Below the pieces are notes generated by a model. That model was not told the origin of the DNA and ran no database searches. It saw only the letters and a list, made by a program, of their open reading frames with translations. A stretch of 28,068 bases of DNA, taken from assembly GCA_051439605.1 (NCBI GenBank), contig JBFRWN010000096.1, positions 1 through 28,068 on the forward strand, written 5' to 3'. Source of the stretch: Synechococcus sp. (GTDB lineage: Bacteria; Cyanobacteriota; Cyanobacteriia; Thermostichales; PCC-7336). A program made the position numbers and the translations under genes. Shown in pieces: positions 9,859-19,548 of the stretch. Positions within the stretch are counted from its first letter, which is position 1; the number at the start of each line of letters is the position of its first letter.

Positions 9859-10984
9859 TCATGCGTCTCCTTTTCGCTTAGCAGACACATCGTCCTCGTC
9901 TACCACGGCTCAAGATGCTGGAGCCGCTGCAGAAGCCGATCGAGAGCAGGAGGCGATCGCCGCTCTTAAAACCATCGTTGACCCCAACTTGGGGACAGAC
10001 ATCGTCAGTTTGGGGATGGTGCGCAACCTCCGTATCGTTGAAAACTACGTCTCCGTGCGCCTCTATATCGGTTCCCATCAGACAGTCATAGAATCTCGAG
10101 TTCTAGACGCGTTGAATGGTTTGACGTGGTGCAAGAAAGGATACGTGCAACGGTGCTCCATTCCAGGCGTACGCACCACCATTGCGGTATCTAGTGGAAA
10201 AGGGGGAGTAGGAAAGTCCACCACTGCGGTGAATTTAGCGGTGGCTCTTCGGTTGCAAGGGGCGAAAGTCGGTCTGCTAGATGCCGATGTCTACGGGCCT
10301 AACATTCCGCAGATGCTGGGGTTGGGTCATTCGGATATTCAGGTACTGGACACCCCTGAAGGACAGCGCTTTCAACCCTTAGAGGCCTTTGGCATCAAGG
10401 TGATGTCTGTTGGATTGTTGGCCGAACCCGACCATCCTCTGGCTTGGCGCGGTCCAGTTTTACACAAGATTGTGACCCAATTTATTCAAGATGTGGATTG
10501 GGGGCAATTGGACTACCTGCTGATCGATCTGCCTCCAGGCACTGGGGATGCTCAAATCACCATTGTGCAAGAAAGCCCCATTTGCGGAGTGGTACTCGTG
10601 ACAACGCCACAGCAAGTGGCATTGGGTGATGTGCGTCGCAGCATTCACATGTTCCGTAATGTGGGGGTTCCTGTATTGGGGGTTGTGGAAAATATGAGCT
10701 ATTTGCAGTTAGACAATGGCGATCGCATGCCGGTGTTTGGCAGTGGTGGTGGCGAGCGACTGGCAACAGAATTGCAGGCTCCTCTGTTAGGGCAAGTTCC
10801 GCTCGATCCTCGAATTTGCCAGCAGAGCGATCTGGGACAACCGATTCCTTTGTTGGATGAAAACTCTGAAATATCAAAAGTGTTTGCTCAATTAGCTTCC
10901 GGTCTAATTGGCACATTCGGTATGGCACATGGGGACATCAACTCTGAGATAGTCACTCAAGAAATCAATCTCTCTACGATATGA
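9851..10984 (+). CDS. mrp: Mrp/NBP35/ApbC family Fe-S carrier ATPase with N-terminal DUF59-like domain
   Basis: LKTIVDPNLGTDIVSLGMV, deviant Walker A GKGGVGKST, LLDADVYGP, WRGP, DLPPGTGD, VTTPQ, VENMS. ATG 9851 follows GGAGGTG and overlaps the HEAT gene stop. Confidence 0.93.
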   Translation: MVSHASPFRLADTSSSSTTAQDAGAAAEADREQEAIAALKTIVDPNLGTDIVSLGMVRNLRIVENYVSVRLYIGSHQTVIESRVLDALNGLTWCKKGYVQRCSIPGVRTTIAVSSGKGGVGKSTTAVNLAVALRLQGAKVGLLDADVYGPNIPQMLGLGHSDIQVLDTPEGQRFQPLEAFGIKVMSVGLLAEPDHPLAWRGPVLHKIVTQFIQDVDWGQLDYLLIDLPPGTGDAQITIVQESPICGVVLVTTPQQVALGDVRRSIHMFRNVGVPVLGVVENMSYLQLDNGDRMPVFGSGGGERLATELQAPLLGQVPLDPRICQQSDLGQPIPLLDENSEISKVFAQLASGLIGTFGMAHGDINSEIVTQEINLSTI

Positions 10985-11115
10985 ATCGATTGAAGCTTCG
11001 AAAGCAGAATTTGCAAAATATAGGCTGCATTTGAATGAGCTGCACTAGCTGACTGTAGATATCGACCCTCTCACTAGACTCCCTTTCGCTGTGTTGAACT
11101 TCTAGGGCATGAATC

Positions 11116-11907
11116 ATGCTGATAGCGATTTTCGGGCATCTCTTAGGACTGGGTGTTGGCATCAGTCTAGGGTTAATGGGGGGCGGCGGGGCTGTTTTGG
11201 CAGTCCCAATTTTGATTTACATCATGGGATTGGGAACGCAAGAAGCGATCGCGATGAGTTTGGTTTGTATTGGCTGTGTCAGTCTTATCGGGGTTATACC
11301 CCACTGGCGACAGGGTCATGTCTGTCTTAAAACAGCCGCAATGTTTGCCCCCCCCGCAATGCTTGGAGCTTATTTGGGAGCGAGGGCTTCTACATTTTCA
11401 TGGGTGACCGATTCCATGCAGTTGATGTGCTTTGCTTCAACTGTCATAGTTGCCAGCTTTTTAATGATTTATAAGGGTAAGCGAACACCACGAGATTCTT
11501 TTGACCTTCATGCCAAATCTGGTTCTCAGGGCACAAGCCGGTTCAAATATCTTGCCATTCCAGCTGAAGGACTCAGCATTGGAGCGCTTACAGGATTTGT
11601 CGGAGTCGGTGGGGGATTCGCAATTGTTCCAGCCCTAGTCCTGTTGTCTGGAATTCCAATAAAAACTGCTGTTGGGACTTCTTTACTGATTATTTCGCTG
11701 AAATCAGTGACAGGATTTATTGGATATGCAGACAGTGTGACTGTGAACTGGATTCTTTTGGCCTCGTTTACACTATCGGCAAGTATGGGGAGTATCATTG
11801 GTGCGCAATCTATCCGTTTTATTCACCCCCCAGATTTACAAAAAGGATTTGGATTTTTTATCCTAGCAATCGCGATTGTTATCCTTGTTGGACACTATTC
11901 CGTCTAA
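11116..11907 (+). CDS. TauE/SafE family membrane protein (second copy, different subfamily)
   Basis: GLMGGGGAVLAVPIL and GFVGVGGGFAIVPALV duplicated motifs, plus AVGTSLLII. Confidence 0.9.
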   Translation: MLIAIFGHLLGLGVGISLGLMGGGGAVLAVPILIYIMGLGTQEAIAMSLVCIGCVSLIGVIPHWRQGHVCLKTAAMFAPPAMLGAYLGARASTFSWVTDSMQLMCFASTVIVASFLMIYKGKRTPRDSFDLHAKSGSQGTSRFKYLAIPAEGLSIGALTGFVGVGGGFAIVPALVLLSGIPIKTAVGTSLLIISLKSVTGFIGYADSVTVNWILLASFTLSASMGSIIGAQSIRFIHPPDLQKGFGFFILAIAIVILVGHYSV

Positions 11908-12202
11908 TTCTATAGAGGTTTTTAGTAAAGTTGTGTTTATATTAATAATAAAGTCTGCTTTAAATTCTAGTCTAATAATGAGCTAATTTTGACTGAAATT
12001 GTTAAATATTTAAACGTTGAACACCATGATTGAGGATGCTAGGAGTATTTTCAATACTTCTCTAAAGTCATATTCGCATCTTGCTATCGCGCTCTTCAAA
12101 CCCCTATGGCAATTTCGAAAGGCAAAACCCCTACCGAGAGTAGAGCTGTTGTCCTAATTGAGTTCTCTCCAGCTAAATATGTAGTCATTCTGTAGGTAGA
12201 TC

Positions 12203-13240
12203 GTGACCAATCAAATTCATCGACCTAAACCTGTTTTGATGACCCCCATCCGCCGTTGTGGAAGTCATGCCTTGCGCTTGCGGTTGAATAATTCTCCAGA
12301 GTTTTATTCCCCCTATCCCCTACATCTAATTGATTTCATGCCTCTGGTGAAGATATATGGCGATTTGGACAATGATTTCAACTATTTTCAAGCAATTGTC
12401 GATTTAGTGGGCTTGCAAGCTGCAACGATGGTCAAGTGGGACGGTGTTGCCTTAGACCCAGTCCGTATTTTTAATGCGATCGCAAATCAACCGCGCAATA
12501 TTCATCGCATTGCTTGGGAAATGTTGTTTCAGGCAGGACAGCAGCACAATGCCCAAGTCGTGATGGATAAGTCCCTCGATAATATTGTGTATGCCGAAGA
12601 GTTGATTGAGTTATTTGACGATATTCTTTTTCTGAATGTTGTTCGCGATCCTCGGGCACAAATCGCTAGCATCAATCAAGCCATCATTCACGATTTCGAT
12701 ACGATTTTGAATGCCATCAGTTGGGTAAAGGCTCACGACATTGCCTATCAACTGTCCCAAAAACATCCTGATCGCGTGCTAACCATTCGTTTTGAGGACT
12801 TTATTAACCATCAAGAGGTCACTCTGCGAAAGGTCTGTCACTTTATTGGCATTCCTTTTCTGGAAGACATGCTAGATGTCTCCTCCTCTTCGGAAGCCCA
12901 ACAACTTGCTGGGTTGTCGGCACTTTGGCAAACCAATCTTTCTGCTCCCATCTCAGCCAACATCAATAAGTTCCGCAAATCACTTAGTTTGGAGGAAATT
13001 GAGGCGATCGAAACGTTGGCTGGAGAACATATGGATCGGTATGGCTACGAGCGTATGACAGATGCAACGTTGACGCTTAGCGAAGAAATGCTAGCTGAGG
13101 CTCAGCAGCGAAGCATTCTCAGAAAGCACCAAGCGTGGGAGGAACTGAAGGTTCAAGATCCGCGCGACTATCAGCTGAGATGTTTCCGTGCCGACTATCT
13201 CAATATGATTCGCGATCGCGATCTTCGCAAAGTGGCTTAG
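12203..13240 (+). CDS. Sulfotransferase (PAPS-dependent fold, Sulfotransfer_3-like)
   Basis: 5'-PSB-like loop PIRRCGSHAL, MDKSLDN, 3'-PB motif VVRDPRAQIAS, IRFEDF…LRKVCHFIGIPF, C-terminal MDRYGY. GTG start. Confidence 0.85.
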   Translation: MTNQIHRPKPVLMTPIRRCGSHALRLRLNNSPEFYSPYPLHLIDFMPLVKIYGDLDNDFNYFQAIVDLVGLQAATMVKWDGVALDPVRIFNAIANQPRNIHRIAWEMLFQAGQQHNAQVVMDKSLDNIVYAEELIELFDDILFLNVVRDPRAQIASINQAIIHDFDTILNAISWVKAHDIAYQLSQKHPDRVLTIRFEDFINHQEVTLRKVCHFIGIPFLEDMLDVSSSSEAQQLAGLSALWQTNLSAPISANINKFRKSLSLEEIEAIETLAGEHMDRYGYERMTDATLTLSEEMLAEAQQRSILRKHQAWEELKVQDPRDYQLRCFRADYLNMIRDRDLRKVA

Positions 13241-13354
13241 ATTGTCAGAGAGTTCGTGCAAACTCTCGTTTAACGGGAGCAAAGTTGGTGAATAGAAATA
13301 GGTTCCAGAACTTTGCAGCCTACAGACTGATTACTCAGGATCGTCGGTAAATTT

Positions 13355-15001
13355 CTAACACTCGTATATCAAACCACCGGATAGAGTCGCTCCGCATAAG
13401 TTTGCTTTATTCAGTTGCGCCCCTCCAAGCTCGCTGCCCGAGAGATTGGCTTGGCCAAGATTTGTGCCAGCCAGGTTTGCGCCAGTCAAGTTGCTCTGCT
13501 GCAGATTCGCTTCACTTAAATCGGTGCCAGTCAGATTCGCATTTTGCAGATTGCTACCGCTGAGATTGGCCTGTCGCAAATCGAGGTCGCTGAGGTCAGC
13601 CCCCCTTAACTCGACTCCACTCAGGTCGACCCCTTCAAGTTTTGCCCCTTGAAGGATATTGCTGCTGACTGTCGCCCCATCAAACTCTGTGCCAACCAGG
13701 CGGGCTCCGATCAAATTCACTCCATCCAGCTTGGCCTGGTATAAGTCCGCTCGGGATAGATTGGTCCCTTGCAAATTGGCCTGACGCAGGTCCGAACCCA
13801 CCAGATCGGTTGCTGACAAATTGGCATCGACTAGAGATGCCTGCCGTAAGTTCGCCCGATCGAGGAAAGCCCGATCGAGGTCAGCTCCGCTCAAGTCAGC
13901 GGCAGCTAAGTCAGAATCCCGCAGATCGCTCGCTCGTAAATTGGCCAGAAATAAGCTGCTGCCCTCCATCTTGGCAAGCCGAAGATCCGCAAGTGCAAGA
14001 TTGGCTGCGAACAAATTGGCACCTTCGAGGTCGGCATGACTGAGGAATCCCCCAAGCATATCTGCTCCAGCCAAGTTCGCTTCGGTCAGGTTGGCACTGC
14101 GCAGATCGACCCCTCGCAGGTTTGCACCACTGAGGTTGGCTCGGCGCAGATCCGCGTCTTGACCGCCATGGGTTACGAGGTCCCGAACTGTGCGCCATTG
14201 CTGCACTAATACGGTGCGATCGCTCACGATAGTATTGTGCAGCAGGGCTCCCTCCAGCTGCACTCCTGTTAGATCGGCCCCATCCAGATTGGCATTCCGC
14301 AAATCGGCTCCCCTGAGATCGGCGTTGGTGAGGGAGGCCTCTCGAAGATCGGCTCCATTGAGGTTCGCGAACTGAAGGTTGGCCCGTCGCAAATCGGCCA
14401 ACTGGAGAAACTGGGTGGACAGGTCAGTGCCAGCAAGCACGCAATCCGGACAAGTTCGGGTTTCTTGCAGTTGCAACACTTGGTCTGGATTGGCCTCAGG
14501 GGGAGGGGGAGGTTGCTTCAGTAATTGGGCTCCGGTAAAGGTTATGGCTGTAATCAGAAAAACGGGCACAAGGGGATTGAGGCTCACCTCTTGCGGCTCC
14601 ACAAATTGAAGGACAGGATCTTCCGATGCCGAATGGGTGTAATTGGGGGGTGCCAATGAATCGGCGGAAACCTCTTGCTGCTGGAGTTGTGCCCCAGCCA
14701 AGCTGGCATTTCTGAGATCGGCATCGTGCAACAGTGCCCCAGTTAGATTCGCATGCCGCAAATCCGTCCCTTTGAGCAGTGCTTGTCGCAGATCTGCTCC
14801 CGCAAGATTCGCTTGTTGCAAATCTGCTTTGATTAAATTGACTTGCTTCAGTTCCAGCCCTGCCAAATTGGCCCCTTGCAGATCGCACCCAACGCATTCC
14901 CCGGTGGCAAGCAGCCGATCTAAGGCACCAGGTTCTGCCGCTAGAGCGGGACTTGCGATCGCCAAGGCTACCACAATAGCGCCCATCCAATATCTCGGCA
15001 T
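13355..15001 (-). CDS. Exported pentapeptide-repeat protein
   Basis: Long A(D/N)Lxx tracts, signal peptide MPRYWMGAIVVALAIASPALAA from ATG 15001, and CxxC caps (TGECVGCDL, TRTCPDCVL). Confidence 0.93.
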   Translation of the reverse strand: MPRYWMGAIVVALAIASPALAAEPGALDRLLATGECVGCDLQGANLAGLELKQVNLIKADLQQANLAGADLRQALLKGTDLRHANLTGALLHDADLRNASLAGAQLQQQEVSADSLAPPNYTHSASEDPVLQFVEPQEVSLNPLVPVFLITAITFTGAQLLKQPPPPPEANPDQVLQLQETRTCPDCVLAGTDLSTQFLQLADLRRANLQFANLNGADLREASLTNADLRGADLRNANLDGADLTGVQLEGALLHNTIVSDRTVLVQQWRTVRDLVTHGGQDADLRRANLSGANLRGVDLRSANLTEANLAGADMLGGFLSHADLEGANLFAANLALADLRLAKMEGSSLFLANLRASDLRDSDLAAADLSGADLDRAFLDRANLRQASLVDANLSATDLVGSDLRQANLQGTNLSRADLYQAKLDGVNLIGARLVGTEFDGATVSSNILQGAKLEGVDLSGVELRGADLSDLDLRQANLSGSNLQNANLTGTDLSEANLQQSNLTGANLAGTNLGQANLSGSELGGAQLNKANLCGATLSGGLIYEC

Positions 15002-15152
15002 TGCGATACAGCTCCAACCCAGAGGGACAACAGCAGTCAAGGATTCATCAGAATGCTTCCAGAGTACTCTTGTGAACTGTGACAGCCTCTGAGGAAATGC
15101 AGGAAAAATTGCAACCAAGTAGCTGCTATGAACGTTATTTTCTCTGGCTCAG

Positions 15153-17021
15153 TTGACCTTTAACAGTCCAAGCACAAACCGCGCACGTGGAACATCCGGT
15201 TCGCTTTCGCTACTCTTGCAGTGCAACGCCAAGCTTGAGACAGGCGATCGGGGACCATTCCATTCCCCGATAGGAGGTGCTGCAGCTATTAAGGTCATCG
15301 TTCTGTGGTGTGCGGTGGGACAGGAAATTGACTGGCTGATTGCAATCGCAGGCGTTTGTGCGATAGGGATGCTACCAGCCGCATCGGCAAGCAGCCTTTC
15401 TAGCGATGGTTGGCCCGATCGCGCAGAAGGAACTGCGATCGCACCGCCTACTCTCGTAGCACAGCAACCGCAGCCATTAGACGGCCTGGAAGATTTCGAT
15501 TATTGGTTGGGGCTGTGTAACTTACAGGCCCAAGCAGGCGATTTCGAGGAGGCTCGTACCAGTTGCGAGCAGGCGATCGCTCTCCAACCCGGCCAGGCGG
15601 AGGTTTGGTCCGTACACAGCGAGGTTTTGCGAGAGTTGCAGCAGTTTCCCGAAGCCATTGCTTCTGCCCGCAAAGCTCAACAACTGGATCCGGAAAGTTC
15701 CTACGCCATTGCTCAGGAGTGTTTTGCCTTTGCTGCCTTAGAGCAAAACGAACCCGCTCTGGATGCTTGCGATCGAGCATTGGAGCTGAATGGAAATTGG
15801 GTCAAGATTTCGCCTGCCTTAGCCTGGTACCAGCGGGGAGTCATTCTCAGCCAGATGGATCGCTTCGAGGTGGCCGTAGCGGCGTTCGATCGGGTCTTGT
15901 TGTTAGAGCCAGATGATTCTCAAGCGTTAGCCAGTCGCTGCGAAGCCCTTATTCAGCTGGAGGACTATAGCGGGGCGATCGAGACATGCGCGCAGGCGGT
16001 CAACGGCAACGGACGCTGGGGAGATACGTCTCCCTCGGAAACGTGGTATTACCAAGGGGTAGCGCGCAGTCGTCTGGAGCAGTATCCGGCAGCAGTCTCC
16101 GCCTTCGATCGCTCGATTCGATTGGATGCCAGTCAAACCCAAGCCTGGCTGGAGCAAGGGATTGCCCTCGAACGCATGAGTCGTCGCCACGAGGCCCTGA
16201 CCTCTTTTCAGCAGGCGGCCCAATTACAGCCCGACTCTTCAGGGATACAGTTGCATCTCTGTGCCACCCTCAACCGGTTGGGGGAATACGAAATGGCCCT
16301 GGCTGCCTGTCAGCAGGCTCAGGAGGGAGATGGCAATTGGCAAGCGGGGAAACTGGCGCGGCTCTGGAGCGAATTGAGTCGATCGCTGGAGGGGACAGGA
16401 CAGTTTGATGAAGCGCTGGCGGCTGTCAACCGAGCGGTGGGAATTGCCCCCGAAAGCATTGCGGCCTGGAACAATCGGGCAGCAGTACTGTGGCACCTGC
16501 AGGATTACGATGAGGCTTTGAAATCTACCGATCGCGCTTTGGAACTGGACGAAGAAAATGCACGTGCCTGGTTTAATCGGGCGGTCGCGCTGCAGAGCCA
16601 AGGCAACTTTGGACCGGCGTTGGGAGCTTACAACCAAGCCCAAAAATGGGCTCCAGAGGACGCCAACATTCGAGCAAACCGCAGTGCGGTTTTGTGGCAA
16701 TTGCGCAACTACGAAGGTGCCCGTGACACCGCCAAAAAAGCGATCGAACTGGACAATCAGTCGGTGGTGGGTTGGTTCAATTTGGGTGTGGCACAGGCGT
16801 TTTTAGGAGAGTACGATTCCGCTTTGGCAGCCTTCGATCGCGTCTTGCAACTGGATCCCGAGAGTGTCGATGCCCTAGCTGGGCGGGGGTTAGTGCTGGC
16901 GCGGCTCAACCGCGATTCTGAGGCGATCGCGATCCTGGAATCAGTCCTGCAATCGCATCCAGATCATCCTTTGGCTGTAAACGCGCTGGAAGAGGTGAGC
17001 GCTGCCCCACCCAAGCTTTAA
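15153..17021 (+). CDS. TPR-repeat protein, probably exported
   Basis: Many 34-aa TPR units (AWYQRGVIL…AFDRVLLLEP; AWNNRAAVL…DRALELDE) and a hydrophobic segment near the N-terminus. The true start is uncertain and likely downstream of TTG 15153. Confidence 0.88.
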   Translation: MTFNSPSTNRARGTSGSLSLLLQCNAKLETGDRGPFHSPIGGAAAIKVIVLWCAVGQEIDWLIAIAGVCAIGMLPAASASSLSSDGWPDRAEGTAIAPPTLVAQQPQPLDGLEDFDYWLGLCNLQAQAGDFEEARTSCEQAIALQPGQAEVWSVHSEVLRELQQFPEAIASARKAQQLDPESSYAIAQECFAFAALEQNEPALDACDRALELNGNWVKISPALAWYQRGVILSQMDRFEVAVAAFDRVLLLEPDDSQALASRCEALIQLEDYSGAIETCAQAVNGNGRWGDTSPSETWYYQGVARSRLEQYPAAVSAFDRSIRLDASQTQAWLEQGIALERMSRRHEALTSFQQAAQLQPDSSGIQLHLCATLNRLGEYEMALAACQQAQEGDGNWQAGKLARLWSELSRSLEGTGQFDEALAAVNRAVGIAPESIAAWNNRAAVLWHLQDYDEALKSTDRALELDEENARAWFNRAVALQSQGNFGPALGAYNQAQKWAPEDANIRANRSAVLWQLRNYEGARDTAKKAIELDNQSVVGWFNLGVAQAFLGEYDSALAAFDRVLQLDPESVDALAGRGLVLARLNRDSEAIAILESVLQSHPDHPLAVNALEEVSAAPPKL

Positions 17022-17146
17022 CTGGTGGGGTGTTAGGGGGGATGCGATCGCGCAGCTCCAACCGGACTCCATACTTCGACCTTTAGGCAATAGCCTTGAA
17101 AGGAAGGATCGGATACCGTTCAATCGAGATTCTGTATCTTCATTTC

Positions 17147-18958
17147 ATGCCCGCAACCACCTATATCGCCAAGCCACTGCTGGAAATTGACGGCAAGAAG
17201 GCATCGGACGAGATGATTGACGACATTTTGCGCATTGAGGTGGAAGAGAGCCTGCACCTTCCCAGTGCCTTTACGCTGGTGATTCGCAATGACTACTTTG
17301 AAGGGCGCGGAGACTCCGATAAGGTCTGGCGCTACGACAAGCAATTGGCCATTGGCACAAAAATCAAAATCGGATTTGTGTCCAGCACCACCGACGATGC
17401 GGAGTTTTCGGATGCTGCCCAAGGAACGGTGTTTGACGGGGAAATTACGGGGGTAGAAGCCCATTTCACTAGCCAAGCCCAAGCCCCTGTTATCGTCCGC
17501 GGTTACGACCTGTCTCACCGCCTGCATCGCGGACGGTACAACCGCTCGTTTCAGGACATGAGCGATACCGATATTGCCAAAAAGGTCGTCGGGGAAGCAG
17601 GCATTCGGGTGGGTTCGATGGATAGCAGCGGATCCCCCCACGAGTACGTTTTTCAGGAAAACCAAACCAATATGGAGTTCTTGCAGGAGCGGGCTGCCAG
17701 GATTGGGTTCGAACTCTTCGTCCAGGATGGCAAGCTGCATTTCCGCAAGCCCAAGAAAGGCACGACCTTGGAGTTGGAATGGCTACAGGATCTGCACAGC
17801 TTCCGCGTGCGTGCCACCAGTGCCGAACAGGTGAGTGGGGTGGAAGTTCGCGGGTGGGATGTGAAGGAAAAGTCCGCGATTGTGGCTAAAAAGTCAGCAC
17901 CCTCGGTATTGACCGGTACCGAGTTGGGGGCTGGAAAAAAGACAACGACAGCCTTTGACAACAAACCCTCCAGCCCGACAGCCATTGTGGTCGATCGCCC
18001 TACCTTCACCCAGAAGGAAGCCGACACGATGGCTCAGGCGATCGCGGATGAATTGGGGGGGGAGTTTATCCGCGCAGAGGCCAAAGCGGAAGGCAATCCT
18101 GACATTCGACCGGGCAAGGTCATCAAGCTGAAGAATATGGGCAAGTACACCGGCCAGTATTACGTCACCGAAACCCTGCACCTGCTCAGCGATCGCGTCT
18201 ACAGTACCGAGTTTGGTGCGCGGGGATTGCGGAGTGGCGATCTACTGTCGGTCCTATCCCCTCCCACCCGCTTGCAGCCGGGACAAACCTTTCTGATTGG
18301 CAAAGTCACCAACAACAACGACCCGAAGAAGTGGGGCCGGGTGCGGGTGAAATTTCCGACATTGACGGAGGAGCACGAGAGCAACTGGGCGCGGGTGGTG
18401 GCGATCGGTGCAGGCAAACAGCGAGGGTTCGACTGTTTGCCGGAAGTGGATGATGAGGTTTTGGTGGGGTTCGAGCACGGAGACATCCATCGCCCCTTTG
18501 TGATTGGCGGGCTGTGGAACGGTAAAGATGCACCGCCGGAACTGCCGACGGACTCTGTGGCAGATGGCAAGGTAAGGCTGCGCACCCTGAAAACCCGCAC
18601 CGGCCATCAACTGCAATTTGTGGAGGAGGATAAAGGGAGCAGCAAGAAAGGTACCTACCTCGATACGGCGGGCGGTCACCATCTCTACCTCAACGACAGC
18701 GAGCAGGTGGTTGAGGTGAAGACCAAAGGAGGACACACCGTCGAATTGAATGACAAGAATAAGAAAATCGAGATTAAGACGGGCCAGGGCAGTAACTCGG
18801 TTGTGCTAAATGGCAGCTCGAATGCGATTGATATCCAAGCCGGCACCAGCATCACTCTCAAGGTGGGTGGCAACAAAATTTCAATCCAGAACAGCGGCAT
18901 CCAAATTTCTGCCACAGGTCCCGTTACCGTTAAGGGCACTCCGATCAAACTCAATTAA
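17147..18958 (+). CDS. vgrG: VgrG-like spike/hub protein of a contractile injection system (Afp8/Cis8-like; gp27-gp5 fusion)
   Basis: Late-control-D-like N-half (YVFQENQTNMEFLQERAARIG, GNPDIRPG), gp5 OB fold (DPKKWGRVRVKFP…SNWARV…LPEVDDEVLVGFEHGD…PFVIGGLWNG) and a short beta-helix C-terminus. ATG 17147. Confidence 0.93.
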   Translation: MPATTYIAKPLLEIDGKKASDEMIDDILRIEVEESLHLPSAFTLVIRNDYFEGRGDSDKVWRYDKQLAIGTKIKIGFVSSTTDDAEFSDAAQGTVFDGEITGVEAHFTSQAQAPVIVRGYDLSHRLHRGRYNRSFQDMSDTDIAKKVVGEAGIRVGSMDSSGSPHEYVFQENQTNMEFLQERAARIGFELFVQDGKLHFRKPKKGTTLELEWLQDLHSFRVRATSAEQVSGVEVRGWDVKEKSAIVAKKSAPSVLTGTELGAGKKTTTAFDNKPSSPTAIVVDRPTFTQKEADTMAQAIADELGGEFIRAEAKAEGNPDIRPGKVIKLKNMGKYTGQYYVTETLHLLSDRVYSTEFGARGLRSGDLLSVLSPPTRLQPGQTFLIGKVTNNNDPKKWGRVRVKFPTLTEEHESNWARVVAIGAGKQRGFDCLPEVDDEVLVGFEHGDIHRPFVIGGLWNGKDAPPELPTDSVADGKVRLRTLKTRTGHQLQFVEEDKGSSKKGTYLDTAGGHHLYLNDSEQVVEVKTKGGHTVELNDKNKKIEIKTGQGSNSVVLNGSSNAIDIQAGTSITLKVGGNKISIQNSGIQISATGPVTVKGTPIKLN

Positions 18959-19028
18959 GCCATTGTCTTTCCAAGTTGACTGACGTTTCAATTTCCACTT
19001 CAAATTCCCATTAACTGAGGTGTCAATC

Positions 19029-19526
19029 GTGGGCAAACCCGCAGCTAGAGTTGGAGATTTTGTCCAGCATCCACTTCCCCCAACATTGGGGCCTGGACCG
19101 GGAAGTTTAAATGTGCTGATCGGAAATATCCCCGCCTGGCGTGGGGTACCGGCGGCGGTAGCCAGTTCGTTGAAATCCGCCAAGAAAACTTCGGATACTG
19201 CCATTCAGGCGGCAGAAAAAGTTACGGCTGCAGCTCCCGACCCCACCTCTAAAGCGGCAGCAAAAACCGCAGAAGAGGCAACCAAAGCCGCTTCGGCAGC
19301 AGCAATGGGAACGTTGATTTCCTCGACAGCAGCGGGAGCCGATATTCACATGTGCTCGCAGTTGCTACCCGTTCCCCCCCACGGCCCGGGTGTAGTAATT
19401 GATGGTAGCAAGACAGTATTGATTAACGGCTTACCCGCTTGTTTTGTGGGCAACACTATCGTTGAAGCCGTGGGACCGCCCAATAAAATTACGAATGGTT
19501 TGGCAACCGTCCTGATCGGTGGCTAA
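19029..19526 (+). CDS. PAAR-domain spike tip protein
   Basis: GKPAARVGD, VLIGNIPAWR, VLINGLPACFVG, C-terminal TVLIGG. GTG 19029 lies behind GAGGTG, directly after vgrG. Confidence 0.92.
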   Translation: MGKPAARVGDFVQHPLPPTLGPGPGSLNVLIGNIPAWRGVPAAVASSLKSAKKTSDTAIQAAEKVTAAAPDPTSKAAAKTAEEATKAASAAAMGTLISSTAAGADIHMCSQLLPVPPHGPGVVIDGSKTVLINGLPACFVGNTIVEAVGPPNKITNGLATVLIGG

Positions 19527-19548
19527 TTCGTTGCCGATCGCCCACTGG

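Noticed and set aside
12100..12180. c-di-GMP-I riboswitch (AAAGGCAAAACC…)
   Set aside because: The downstream GAAA…GACGCAAAG core and P3 stem are missing.
13446..15092. Antisense ORFs over the pentapeptide gene
   Set aside because: Shadow frames produced by repetitive codons.
17005..17030. CCCCACC/GGTGGGG hairpin at the TPR stop as a terminator
   Set aside because: Short stem, 12-nt loop and no U-tract.
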